DNA of 61,806 nt, counting the filler, from Sphacelaria rigidula (lineage: Eukaryota), in the NCBI GenBank assembly GCA_964200075.2. It is 5 parts of 5 records of this genome, joined end to end, with 100 filler letters (N's around TTAATTAATTAA, not from the genome) between each part and the next. Parts side by side here need not be neighbours in the genome. Positions count along the whole stretch, not along the records: positions 24,766 to 37,046 come from CAXNAA020003927.1; positions 37,147 to 49,426 come from CAXNAA020003928.1; 3 more parts are not named here. The stretch is one strand, 5' to 3'. The position numbers and the translations under genes were made by a program. Positions 26,262 to 39,330 of the stretch are shown piece by piece (within the stretch, counting starts at the first letter, position 1; each line of letters begins with the position of its first letter). The notes under the pieces were generated by a model. It saw only the letters and a program-made list of their open reading frames with translations. It was not told the origin of the DNA and searched no databases.

Positions 26262-27772
26262 ATTGGATCTCTAGCCGGAGGGCAGGCGGCTGCACTCCGA
26301 CGGTTGGATGATCTCGCAGCCGACATCTCCAGCGGAGAGAGATCCGTGAAGCAGTTGGAAGCGGCATCTTCTGCGAAGCTTAACCTACAGGCTAATGTAA
26401 GCACCGTCAACCACAGAAGGCGTGCACTGCATCTAATTATTGTACGCACCCCATTTTGATGGATTTGGAATGAAATATCACGTGAATCTTTTGGCACAAA
26501 AGATACATGCCTCGGGCGTGCGAGGGCTTTGACAAACGATTTCATCTTTATATATTGATTCTCCAATTTCGAACAGGTGTCGGTGGTATCCGGAGGTTTG
26601 CCCGCTTGCTTCAGCCAATCTTGCCGTACATAAACAAGTGATTTGCTTGTGGGGGTGCTACGCACATTTCAGTACCGTTCGGATGCATGTTTCACTCTCA
26701 TCCCGACGTCCACCGAGTACATGCTTGTCCCGTGTTTTTTTGGCGTTGTCGCGTCCCACGACAATCGGCCTCTGATGTATACTCAAGGGTTTAGGCCAGC
26801 TTGGCTCGGATGAAAGCTTTTGCGGGAATTTACCCATCGTTGCAGACCGACTGGCACGCGTATCTTTCATCTGTTCTTCTGTGGAGGCGAGTTCAAGATA
26901 AACGCGACTGGAGCGATGCACTGTACCTTATCATGCCTATACGACGTCGTTTTCTTCGCTTGACTTCCTCCAGGAGCTCGGCGCGCTCGTGGAGAGGCGG
27001 GTGTCGCAGTTCCGGTCAGAGGTGAGCATATATGTATACTTCCTCTGTGCCATAGGTAAAGTCCGTTGTGGGGGGCAGATCGTACATCGCCAACGGAGTT
27101 GCCCACGATGCTATTGTTAAGTTTTTTAACAAGCTGTTAATGTGATGGTGCTCGCTAACAGAAAAAAATCGAGCCGAAATCACCGAGAATAAGTGGGTCA
27201 AACATGGCCGAATTTCGACCAAATTTCGCCAATCTGTACGTTGTCGGCCGAATCTCGACGACTTTGTCTTGTTTTGAAGTATTTCAAAGACTGCAATGTA
27301 AACGAGTGGTTTGGGACTAGGCGCAGCTATCGTATGCCAGCGATGGACCGGAGAAAAAGAGCCAGTTATAGTGTTTTTCGCGACCTTTGCCGTTTTTCGG
27401 GTTGCCAGGGTTCTTCTCTGTGTTGTGGAAAATGGGCGAAATATGGCCATTTTCGGGCCGACTGATCGTTTATCGGCCATTCGCGCACGCTGGCTGCTGA
27501 GCAAACAAGGAAAAAAAAAGAAGACGCGGGTCAACTAAAAAAACCGTCAAGATTTCAAAACAAATACCGCCTACGGCATTGGACACGGTCGAGGGTTCTT
27601 GTGATCATAGCGGATTTTACTTCTGGCACAGAGGAATTATATGTATATGTGTGTGTATCGAAAATAATTCGCTGAGTCGAATCGGAGCAACGACGACGAC
27701 GACGACCACCGCCACCACCACCGCCACCACCACCACCACCACCACCACCACCACCACCACCACCATCACCAC

Positions 27773-27843
<71 letters not shown>

Positions 27844-30842
27844 CTGACGGGAAAAAGACATAAATCGCTTATGCTGTCTCTAGTAGCACCGTACACAGCA
27901 TGAAAGCATGAGCTGGTGTTGCTAACCTGTTGTGTGAAGTGTTTATCAGTAACCTTGCCAGAGAGCGTACTCACGATCTTGCATGCCGTAGTCATTTGAC
28001 CGCATCCCTACAAAGCCGGGACGGAGCACGCCGGGTTCTCGCCGGAACAGGCGTGCCAGCAACCAACGAGCGCGAAGCGCCGACATGTGTTGGGCGCGTA
28101 GCACGAAGGAGAAGGAGGGGTGCTTGATTCCACGAAAAAAAGCAGGGGCTTATAGGTGTGTCAGACGACCCTACACTCCCGTTAAGGTCGTGGTATTAGA
28201 ACAGCGTTTGAATGCGGCGATTTAAGCGAGCAAGAGTGAGCTTGCAGCCACGTGACTCAGATGTCGGCATCTTGCGATCGCCCTTTTCGCGTGGCGGCTA
28301 GTTCGGCGCCCGCCGTCATCCTTCGAAGAGTGATGCTGCGGTAAGGGCGTACATATATTTTCTGAGGTTAAACTTGATAGGAGGCCCTTATCTCATCCAA
28401 AACACGACTCATGAAACATGTGGGAGTACGCCAAGATTACTATTATTCCAATGTGATAAGGATATCCCGGATGAATTTGCAAACGGGGATGCCCTGATCC
28501 GTAGTCTTGTGCATCTAGAATCGTTAGGAGCCCCTGAACCAGGCAAGAGTTTGCGCAAAAAGTGCACCCCTACCGTATCATCGCTCCGAGGCTAGTTAAG
28601 AAGCAGCGATACTGGATGAGGTATACAAGTCACCTTGATGAGGTATACGAGTCACCTTACGAGGGGGGGGGCGTACTCATTTGTTGCTTCCTTAGTCGTT
28701 TAGCCATTAATCACGCACACCTTTCGAGACGGAGCACCATCCCTACTTTTGATAGAGACACCTCCAACATCATTTAGGTGCTCAGTACGTTGCTTCCGTA
28801 CATGACACAAAAACCATTTACCTATCTTATCCGATAGGCGGGAGGAGTTTGGTTCCATGACAAACCTGCTTCTGTAGTGGTAGCACCCTAGAAATCAAAG
28901 ACTGATAAATTGATGCAAAACAGGTGTGTATCGCTGTGCTCACAGTGCTGAACCACATTAACACTCGCTGCCGGAAACGTCTGGCAACATGTTGAAAGCA
29001 TGCACAGCGTCTCAAACATATTGCGCATTCTTGCGTCTGAATTTTGGGTTTTCCCTTGCACGCCGCTCTTCCACCGCCGTCCGCTCGCCCTTGCCTCGAA
29101 CTGACCCGGTTTGTCTGCACAGGTTGACGTCCAGCTAGCTCGCGCCTGGCAACTAGTGGGCAGAGGTGTGGCCGCGGGGGGAGGAGACTTGACGGCAGTC
29201 GGTGATGCTGCCCCGAGACTTGCCGGGGGCAGAGTAGGGGCAGGGCTCGTACAAACGCTGACGGACATGGTGTTGGCCGTGCAGCTGCGACTCGGGGAGC
29301 TGGATTGTGACGTCGGCAAAGTGAGAGCAGAGATCACACAAGTAGAGATGGGCGAATGGATGGGGGCGTTTGTATTGAAGGATCGATCAATCAATGGTGC
29401 ACGGCGGTGGGTTCCGTCTTAATTTGATTTTGATTTTACTTGATTGTCGCAATTCAACTGACCCCCCAGGGGTACAGCCGTGGTCGCATGACAGACGTAC
29501 CCAAGGAAAACAAAACTGGAAAAGTCTTTATTTCTGAATTCCGCGAGGTCTTCAGCGCTGTCGGTGCTTTTCAAAGTACGCACAGTCCGGTGTACAAGGT
29601 CCGTTGCACAGCGAACGTCGGAAGGTGCGATTAGGGTATGCCTTGAGCGGAATCTGGCGATGGCCACCTGGGGAGAACTATGGTGCTGCTTTGCTCACCC
29701 AGCGCTAAGCAAAGCACCCTATGCACACTATCTCCATCACACGCATCCAAGAACTACGTGGTCATCCCTCTACCTGGGCACGAGTGCTTGGGTCAGGCTG
29801 GGATTTAATAGCCGGTGGTCGTCACCTGCGCAAATCGCCCCTCTTGTGATCTCGATGCACCCGTTACCAGTAGCACGGAACAAACTGGTGAACGGAAAGT
29901 CACTCGAACTTCGACATTGCACCGGCTTCATTACGATGGGTGGTCATGTAGTATAGCCAACCTTTGGCTTCCCCCCTCCCCCGCCCCGTCTCGAAAGAGA
30001 TGCGTGGTTATTGGTCAAACGACGAAGGCAAGCAACAAATGAGTACGCCCTCTCCCCCCCTTGCGCCCCCCCCCGCCCGCCTCGCTATCGGTGTGATGCG
30101 CCCCGTGCTTGCAATCACCCCTACCATTGGGGTTTATGTCACAACAACCGACGTCTGACGCAACTCGACAGTTACGAGGCCAGGTGAACAGTTGGGAGCA
30201 AACTATTGCCGGAGCTACCGAGCTACATCCGTTCTACCCTGAACCCACCCGCAACCGTGGATATCGGATAACGCCAGCAACACCGTGGGTATCATCGAAC
30301 CTCGGTTGTCTTTTTAGCAGCGGCAAGGACAACAACGCGGGGGCGAAGTGTCGTGGCGAGGAGAACTACAACCGCAACGGGAAGCAGCGACATCACTCGA
30401 TCGGTTCCGTGAACAACAACGAAGCGGTCCACGCAGCAGATGTCGACTCAGACGTCCATCAGGGGCCATCGCATACGGATTATAAGTGTGCAGGACCGAG
30501 TGGAGTAGCAAAGGGGAGCGAGAGACGAGGAGACGTGGAGCGCAGACTACGCGCTCTGGAGGTTGCTACGTTTGAGCGCCAACGACGGTGACACACACCG
30601 TCGTACACTCACGATACCTTCCGGGCTATGTGAGCAATTCTGAGTTCATCGCACAACGACTGAACCGTTTTATACCTTGTCTCTCTGGAAAGGTATCTAC
30701 CCGCTTCTGGAGCATACCTTCAAGCATCCATTTTTTCCCTCTCTGCAGGACTATCAATGCGCATTTGGTGGAAACCTTGTCGCACTCCCTACACTTGAAA
30801 ATAGACAGAGGCACGCGCGCGATTCGAGAAGGACGCACGTAG
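26262..30842 (+). CDS. Multi-exon gene fragment, unknown helical/coiled-coil protein; exons 26262-26396, 26974-27021, 29123-29320, 30184-30587, 30749-(30842)
   Basis: Each exon has a CAG acceptor, the first four have GTRA donors, and the phases are mutually compatible (0,0,0,2). Peptides include AALRRLDDLAADISSGERSVKQLE, ELGALVERRVSQFRSE and DVERRLRALEVATFERQR. No family recognised. Confidence 0.55.
27027..27649. mobile_element. MITE with ~44-bp imperfect TIRs inside an intron
   Basis: TTCCTCTGTGCCATAGGTAAAGTCCG near 27040 vs CGGATTTTACTTCTGGCACAGAGGAA near 27611. Confidence 0.75.
27688..27843. repeat. Compound trinucleotide microsatellite (ACG)n(ACC)n(AGC/AAC)n
   Basis: Direct read. Confidence 0.95.
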
Positions 30843-33562
30843 AATATTAACCGATTGCGATAGGTGTTGACAGCGCCCCCCATCCCCTTAAAAAAGAGTC
30901 TCTCTCAAGAATGGGTGGTTTCTGTGCATTGGACTTAACATCTGTCCCGTTCGACGGTTCCACCGTCTATGGTACCTGTCCGGCTCTGAGAATCCGGTCC
31001 GTGGCTGGTTAAGTAGGTCGAATATCTCCGCCTGCAGGCGGTGGCTGCTTAGTTCTTTAGTTTTTTTGTGAAGGTGACTGATTGACTAGCGGCGGCTTTC
31101 TACTATGTATATCTTTAAAACCCGTTTCGGCTTACTCATAAGGTTGCTGTAGCATAGCACCCTGCAATTTCTACTGGCAGAACCGGTATCTGCTGCCGGC
31201 GCCTAAACTGCTGGTCTCCTCCCTTTCGCGTCGTCAGGGTGCTCTCTTCTGTAGTTTTTATCCAGTAGACCGGAAAAGCTGTCAAGTACGTGAAGTGTTA
31301 CCACGACAGGGCCCACATGCATGCACTCACAGTTGAGCAGGGTGTCAGAGTTGGTGCTGGATTTCTTCCCGAGAAAAAAACGGTTTTATGACGGTATCCT
31401 ACGCCTTTTTAGATCCCCAGCTTCGTTGTCTATCCTACGGTGGGACATCCTATCCTCTCCCCCCCCCCCCTGCGCGCGGCCTCTCTCTCGGGCACTTGCC
31501 ATCGTCTGATTTAATGCTAAAATAGCCCGTCAATAAACGAGCGTTAATTGATAGGAATACGAGCTGTGCCCCGCCTGGGTCTAGAGGCTCTGGTCTGCTC
31601 GATAGATACGTGGAACATACGAAGAAGGTGGGCCGCAACAAAGTAAAAGGGGGGGGGTGTACCTAGTACTGGCGTCGACAGTAGGATACTTCCTTGGTGT
31701 TGTAGGGATTTAGTTTTAGCGGACCCAACGTTGGGTTCTCCTGCTGCGTCGTGGATTGTTCATGTTGTGACTTGGAGCGATGGTACCCCGGTAAAGAGTG
31801 GGACGGACGGCCTTCACGGCAGAATAGTTTTCGCCGTATCCTTGTAGATATTTTTCTTGCTGGTATGTAGAACGACCTTCCCCTCCGTTATGCCTTCGGT
31901 GGAGTGTGCCTTCGGTGGAGTCCACGGAGCGCAACATGTTTTCACCCGAGTGACTTCGTGCAAGTGAAAATATTTTTGTCACGCCTTGTCTGAGTGGGCT
32001 GATGTCACGCAGCTCAGGGGCGGTGCTGAATTTCCACATGACAGAAAATAAGTCATGGCAGTTTTATACACTCTCCTCAGATCCGTGGTCCCCAGTCCTG
32101 CAGATGTACGAGCTGGGTCAGCCTAAAAGCGGCTAAAAGTTGCCCACACCGCAGCTTTTCCGGTTTAACGAATGAACCCGATGTCAGCATATCACTGCGA
32201 ACTGCAGACCCACCTGATGACAAAGGACTGCGTCGCTGATCGATTGGCGTCGTATTGCCGATGACGTTATTGTACTGCATAGGGTACAGGGTGCGTCTGA
32301 TATCATTGGGCGATAGCGTGTTGGAATGCGTTTTTAATCTTTCATGCGATGGGTTCACGTCAGCAATCACCCCGCACTGGGCATATGTGAGGTGCAGCAG
32401 CGTCACGCAAAACGCTGCACGCACGGCCCAATTCGACGACTCTTGAGCTGAAATTTCACCAAGACCTTCTGCACCCAAGGAAATGATCAGCTGCAGATTC
32501 TCATTTTTGCTGGACTCATGGCGTTATCTTATTTTGCTGAAATGTCACACCCCATAACTTCCTTTTTTCCCCTTTTTTCTTCGCTGCTCTCGGGATGTTC
32601 TGCATGTCAATCTTAATCAAGCTGTTGTCAAAATTTCAGCGTCGAACTCCTAATTTTACGTCGTGCGTCGCCTGAGCGACAAAGCTACCCACTGTCGGCT
32701 GGCCCAGCTCGTAACGCCTCGTCATAATTTACGCGTTGGATTTTTTTCCCGGAGGTGCATCCTTTCTACCGCTCTCACTCTCCAGTCTTCTGCACCTCCT
32801 TGTTTGCGGAGGCTATGCATGGATCCGCCTGCGGGTCATGTTTTTAACCTCCACCACGGAATTCCCGCTGGGTGTTCCTCGTGGCTGTCGCAGGCTGATG
32901 CGTAAAGAAACGGGGAATTTCTTTGGATGCTTCCGTTGTTGGGACTTCGCAGCGCAGAGCGCTTTTGGCGCCTACACTAACATACGTATCGCCACCATAT
33001 GGTTTCAGAAATACGCATCGCCGCATTTTGTGTAGGCCCCGTCCATGTTTCCGATAACAAATGCCCCTCGTTTCGCTAAACCCCGTTCTGCCAGAACTCA
33101 AAGTGGGAAAGAAAAAACCTCTGCGTCTGTTGCTGTAATATTTTGCATTCTTCCAGGAGAGTGGAGTATTTGCACAAACAAAGAGTCCTTTCGTCTACAC
33201 TTTCCCGTGGCCATACCGTGCCAACCATGGGAGCAGAGCCTCAAATCAATCCCAGTGCACCCGTAGCAGCGCCACCCACATTTTTCTTCATCTTTTCCAA
33301 AAGTGGTATATTCCTCACAGACCCAACAAAACTGGTCAACACTTCCGTGTTCTCCTGAACATCGTTTCCCACTCTTCTCGTCTCCTTTTTTTTCTGCGTT
33401 TCTCGACGGAGTTTTGACGAGTGACCTTGGGTGACAAGCATTGGAGCCTAGCATATTACAAAGCAGTGAATAGATTCTTGTCAGAGAGGTGACATGAGCA
33501 GTGCCTGAGACAGGAAGTGACGTTTGCTTTGCTCTTTTTTTGTACGGGGGGGGGGGGAGGGG

Positions 33563-35081
33563 GTACTCATTTGTTGCTTGCCTTAGCCGTTTGACAGTTG
33601 ATCACGCATCCCTTTCGAGACGGAGCACCGTTCCCACTCCTGATAGAGACACCTCCAACATTTCGGCTCTCATTACGTTTTTTCCATACATTGTACATAA
33701 GCCTTTTACATATCTTATCCCTGTCCTGTTTCGCCGCTCGTGGCCACCACAACATATCTCCTAGCATAACCATCGTTTTCTCGCTACTGTCTAATGCATC
33801 AAGTGATTTCATGCCACCTTCGTTCACGTTCCGCATTTCCCCCTCTAGCACGTCCCATTCCTCCTTGTATCGTTTACATTCTGCAAGTACATGAGTTTTA
33901 CTCTCCATTGCTTCGCCACAGGGGCAATTCTGTTCATCTACTTCCTCCTTCACACGACGACTGGTATGTGTCTTTCTTCTTTCTGGCAGGTCTAGGTCCC
34001 CCACCCGAAATCGAAAATTCATATTTTTCGCCGCGTCCATGGGGCAGTGCAAATATGCTTCCATCCCTATCCTTTCTCTCAATCACCCGTATATCTTCAG
34101 GTGTTCTCCCTCGTCTACTTTGCGTCTGAGCGCTCGTTTTCCCTTATTTCTATCGTGTCTCTTTCTTTTGCCTTGTACCCCGCGCTTCCACCTATGGACA
34201 GTATTTCGTCTTGTTTTCCGCCTATCTCCTCCCATACTTTCTCGACTTCTCTATCCCACCTTCTTCCAGCCTGCGCTATCGTACTTCTCTTCCATACAGT
34301 CCTATCAACTGTAGCTGGTGATCTCTTTCTCTGCATGTTCTTTACGCTATACTGCAACAGCAATTTCCTCATGTCTCTGTTTGTTTTTAGTGAGTACATT
34401 CCCAACTCTGCTCTCAAAGCTGTGTTACTCGTCGTTTTCGAGCATCCAGGTATTTTCTTCACTGCTGCCATCTGTACTGTTTCCAACGTCTTCAACTTCA
34501 CGTTCCCCTCCCATACTTCTCCTGCATATTCCAGCTTTGTTGCGATCACGTTCATCAGGATACATCTCTTGATCCTAGAGTCTAGATGCGAATCTCTGAG
34601 GACCACGTCCATCATTGATATCTGTGCCTTACCCTTTTCTATTACTTTGTTTATGTGTGCGCCCCAAGAACAGTTTTTTTGAGATCTCCACACCAAGGTA
34701 CGTATACTGGTCTACGATCGGCAATTCCTCTTCTCCCCACTTCCACTTGACCTCTACCGGACTGTTCTTATTATGCTCGTTACAGACAGGTACGCACATT
34801 GGTTAACATTCGCTGCCACTCTTCATTTCCTAGTGTATTCTGGAGTCTTTTCTATTTGTTTTTGTAATCCCTCTGCTGTTCCTGGAATCCCCACAAAATC
34901 ATCTGCGAACATCAAACCTGATATCACATCTTCACCCACCTTGCCTCCTTGATTTTCTGCTTCTATCGCTATCATCAGGTCATCAAGGAATACCTTGAAT
35001 GAAGCGGGTGATGACGTACATCCATGTGCAACTCCTTGAAAAATATCAAAACAATTCGATATTTCCCCGTCTAGCATTTTT
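33563..35081 (-). mobile_element. 5'-truncated, frameshifted non-LTR retrotransposon (LINE) ORF2
   Basis: RT motifs QGVAHGCTSSP and LMFADD (~34898-34909), KLEYAGEVW, ALRAELG and a C-terminal CPCG...ES.THVLAEC zinc-knuckle. Ends KASNK* GTAC followed by poly-C. Confidence 0.93.
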
Positions 35082-35300
35082 GAGGGAGGGGGGGGTGGGG
35101 TGGGGGAGTTCAACGAGAGCTATCGCCGTACTAAAGTCAGAACGTCCATACGGAGTGAGTTCGTTTACGATGGTGGCTACCGTACCATCACATGTCTGCT
35201 TCAGATGACACGTGAAATGTGTATAGCGTCGACGATGCGGACAGCAACAGGACCGACTATGCTCCAGTAAACGGTTTCGCATGGTGTCTGGCCAGCACGC

Positions 35301-35508
35301 TGTAATGCGTGAGAGGACCGCGTGCGTTTTGGACCGCATCGCAGATTACAACACCATAGGATCGACGTTTTTTAAGCCTGCTGGGCCAGTCCCTGCAAGG
35401 ACCGCGCCCCCGACCCTAACCAACCCTAACCCTAACCCCAACCCTAACCATGGGGGTGTTTAAACTTTGATGCTGTCCAAAAAGCACGTGGTCCGCTCGC
35501 GCAGTACA
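35301..35508. mobile_element. MITE with TGTA...TACA termini, ~55-bp TIRs, 4-bp TSD (ACGC) and internal (CCCTAA)n
   Basis: TIRs are shared with 46881-48016. ACGC at 35297-35300 and 35509-35512. Telomere-type repeats at ~35413-35449. Confidence 0.8.
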
Positions 35509-36860
35509 ACGCGCTGCAGTCTCTGTAATCTGCAGATTATCTTGATGCGCTTGTTGTCTGTGTGAAGACATGTCGTCGGCAACGGGTAATGATGTTCCTA
35601 CCAAGAAATAAACGACCGCTGAAGGAACAACGGAATTCCAGGTAGATGACAGTGGTCAGCCTTTAAATGTGGTACTCACTCAATTGGGATTTTGTTTACA
35701 GACGACTTGTCACCTGAACTCGAGCGTTGAAAAGTCGGTTGGCGTCGTAAAATGGTCCACATCGTGCTCGGAACACATTTCCCAATGTTTTGTTGCGGGA
35801 GCAATACGGAGTAAAACCCCGTTTATCGAGGGGGTGTTATTGACCGCATATGTCTGAAAAACACGTTTTCCGGTCGTGCCGCAATGAATATCGCAAGAAT
35901 AGAAAACATGAAGATATAGGATTGTTTATTATACCGATCGGAATCGGGTCGGTCGAGCGAAAATACCAAAGAGAAAAAACCCGGGGTTGCACACTCGCAG
36001 GACCGCCAACGACCGGTGAGCCCGTATCTCGTTTCAAGATTGGTCACAAGTATTTTTTCCTTCCTCGAAACTTGTGCCCGGTATGCATGTCTCTCAATTC
36101 CCCCAAGTTTGGAATCAAACAGAAACCGTGATGAGTCGTGGAAATCGAAAAACGCGAAAAAATCTCTTCGAATCGAAACTGTTTTGTTTCAAGTTTGACT
36201 ACGATGTTTCCTGATGACTTCAAGACGAATCCGTTTCACACACAGGCATAGAAAGTAGGGGCGGGGAAAGAGCTTCTCCGCACCCGCCATGGATGGTCAG
36301 ACGCGAATCCTAGCTTCATACAAGATGTACTGGCTGGTAAAATCTCTAGCACGAAGAAAATTCAACCAGTGTAATGTCCTGCGTGAGTCCGGGTAGTTTT
36401 TTCGAGCCTCAACTGAGAGCCGCCTCGAAGAAACTCACTGTTCCGCAGTGCTCTCCATTCGCAGGTATTCCACGCGGTTTTCCTTCAGACATTGTTTCTC
36501 TAGTAGATCTGTTCTCTTTCGTCAAACTTACATGCTGCTTTCCTATTTCCCACGGGCGTGAAAAAACTTTGCAATATTCCGCCAGAGGGAAATGGTTATT
36601 GATGCATAGAAAGTTGGCATCTGCTACACGCGGTTTGACGCAACGTCAGTCTCGACAATGCACAACACAGTTGCAAACTACTACAACATCAGTCCGGTGT
36701 TAGTAGGAACAGCGGATCAAGCAGCGGCGGATCCAGGCGGCATCATTGAAGACAAACGGTACGCCTTCAACGTTAATTTCTGACAACTATGTACACTACC
36801 CTGCACAACCTCCGGGTAATGGCGGCTCTGGGTTTTCTTTGTCTCCCGCCACATTCTCAT

Positions 36861-37046
36861 TCCCCTCCCTCCCTCGCGACGCGTGGTGAGGCACCCATGA
36901 CGCAGTGGATAAGACGTGGCTGTCTCTGGAAGCGGCGATACCAGACAATGAAGCAACTCATTGTAGGCTGTCATCCAAATGCAAGGTAATCAGTAGGCCT
37001 CGGGCCGAACAATCTTACCAGGATGCAGCTCACCCTTCATGCAACT
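36861..37046 (+). repeat. Repeat family copy at contig end, starts after a C-rich run
   Basis: Inverted homologue of 24766-24900. Confidence 0.85.
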
Positions 37047-37146
37047 NNNNNNNNNNNNNNNNNNNNNNNNNNNNNNNNNNNNNNNNNNNNTTAATTAATT
37101 AANNNNNNNNNNNNNNNNNNNNNNNNNNNNNNNNNNNNNNNNNNNN
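37047..37146. other. Artificial contig linker
   Basis: N44-TTAATTAATTAA-N44. Confidence 0.98.
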
Positions 37147-37217
37147 AAAAAAAAAAAAAAAAAAAAAACGAAAAAAAAAAAGAGCAGGAAGGGGGGGGGA
37201 ATGGGGGGGGGGGGGGG

Positions 37218-37256
<39 letters not shown>

Positions 37257-38884
37257 AGGGGGCTTTGTCTCCGATAACTTTCTGTCGATAGATCCTTGCG
37301 GTCGGAGCCAAATATGACCATGGGTAATATTGGGCGCTCTAAAGAGGACTGGAGATCAAACGATTTGGAGACCGACGACGTACTCGAAGAAATGCACGAG
37401 GACGGAGATCAGGCGGTGGGTCAACAACTGGGAACCTGCGGTTGGACACCGTCGTCCTGTCTGTCCGCGGGTCTGGGCGCGAGCAAAGGGGTATAAGGGG
37501 TGCAATACTTGTGATGAGGAAGCCGAGCCACCTCCTGCCTACCAGCCTGCCTCCTGGTGGAGGGTTGTGAGCTTCGGCCCATCCCACCACCGGTACGAGT
37601 GGATCTCGTGTGCGTGTGGTACTGACATACAATACAGTTTGTCCGTGTTGGGACGAGGCACAGCTTCGCAGATCTTTCAAGGGAAATAAACCCCAAGCAC
37701 AAACGCGCGATAATATAAGCGCACCACACTTGAACACCTGAGTCTAGTCAAGATTGCTTTGATTAATGGCTGTATGTGAACTGATTCCCGCGGAATCCAG
37801 GCGTGGTCACAGGATAAACGTACCCATGGTGAGCAAAACGGAATCTCCTTCCAGGAAGTAGAAGGCGGGGGATAAAAACTGGAATAAGGCGGGTTCTTGT
37901 CGAAGGGGATTTTGCCCCTCATCAAGGCCCCCGTTTCAAGAACGATTTCTCAGGAAGTGCTTCACCTCCTGAAATCCCCTTTTGGAAAGGGGATTTCCGG
38001 ATAACTCGAAGGGGAGCATACGTGTCCCGTTAACAGGGGCACATGCAAACGCTTGCCACACAACTCAACACAATCAGAGGTGCACCTGACGAACTTGGTG
38101 CCCTCGCAAACCAAAAACACAAAGCTCGAGCCGTAGCTACTCATCATCTGATCACATAACGGGGGACCTACTATGGCGGCGAGATGCTCGCGTCATCGCC
38201 ACGGACAGGTGTATCGCCTGCCAACGCTCTGTGCAGGACTGTCGATACTATGCTCGGCATCGACCGTTGAGGGGTACGACGGCTTGGTCTTGCCCGAGAC
38301 ACCCCGTCAGCCAGCCTCGCTCCACAGGACCCGCGAACAGCATCAACGTCACACAACGTCTTTCACACGCTGACATACGACTTATTGTTGTTGTTGTTGA
38401 TGTTGTCTTCACAGTCAAAATTGTTCCGATATCTGCGCGGTACATTCGTACTGGGCATATGATGCAGACGCCTTCCGTGGTCGCAGGCTAACAAAAACCA
38501 AAAAACCAATTGAACCCAGATTATGACTCACAAAACGCGATGCAAGCAGAACAGGGATACACAATAAAGAAGAGAGTACAGATGGCTAACCTCAGAAGAT
38601 CCGGTTTTCCAACTCGACGCGCGACGCCGAGTAGAAATGAACATGAGGTCCGATCACGGGCGAGACTCAAGGCCCCATATGACGCCAACCAAAGAAGTAA
38701 GAATCGCAAGGTTCCATCTTTCGACCTCTCGAGGGATAGCCATACGTACAAGCATACCAGGTGTATCAAGACAAGAGCTGGATGACATAAAGACACCCCT
38801 CATCGGGGGAATTCACCCCTTCCCCCCCCACTTCTCTCGACCGTCGCGACTATGCGACTACGAGAGAATTTCATCGGCTCCCAC

Positions 38885-39010
38885 CTGAATATGCGACAAC
38901 CTCGCACGGTTGTGGAGAGTGGTGGCCAAATCAGGGTGCGCCAGGGCAAGATCCTTTTCCCGGATCGATTGGCACCGCTCGTACAGTCGCGCAGCCTCGT
39001 CAAACTTGCC
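38885..39010 (-). CDS. Single-TPR exon (126 nt, phase 0-0), cassette 4
   Basis: CTGCAG|GKFDEAARLYERCQSIREKDLALAHPDLATTLHNRARLSHIQ|GTGGGA; a 42-aa kinesin-light-chain-type TPR. Confidence 0.85.
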
Positions 39011-39330
39011 CTGCAGAGTCGTGCACGACGCAACAACACCCTGCAACTGTCAACGTCGAATATACTACGGCGGCGTATGGTGAGTGAAGGCTCGACGCTA
39101 TTTCTCTATGTTTCGGGCGACGGGTACGTTCTATAGCTGGCCATCGCTGTCTGTACGGTGACAACCGTACCGCACCTGAAATCGACGGTTCACAGCTACG
39201 ACGGCTTGGCCTCGTCGCTCCGGTGCAACGATGGCGTGCAGAACCAACGCAACAATACCAACATCACACAAAGTTTCCCACGCGCTGACTACAGCACACA
39301 CGACCACGAGACATTTCTATCGGCTCCCAC

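Noticed and set aside
27555-27995. Poly-Ala/Gly/Thr/Ser ORFs
   Set aside because: Translation of a compound microsatellite inside an intron.
24766-37046. Contig 3 as one 12-kb element with terminal inverted repeats
   Set aside because: The interior is a host-like gene with ordinary TEs, and both repeats run outward into the gaps, as expected when assembly breaks at a common repeat.
37147-37262. Poly-A/poly-G stretch
   Set aside because: Low-quality homopolymer sequence at a contig start.
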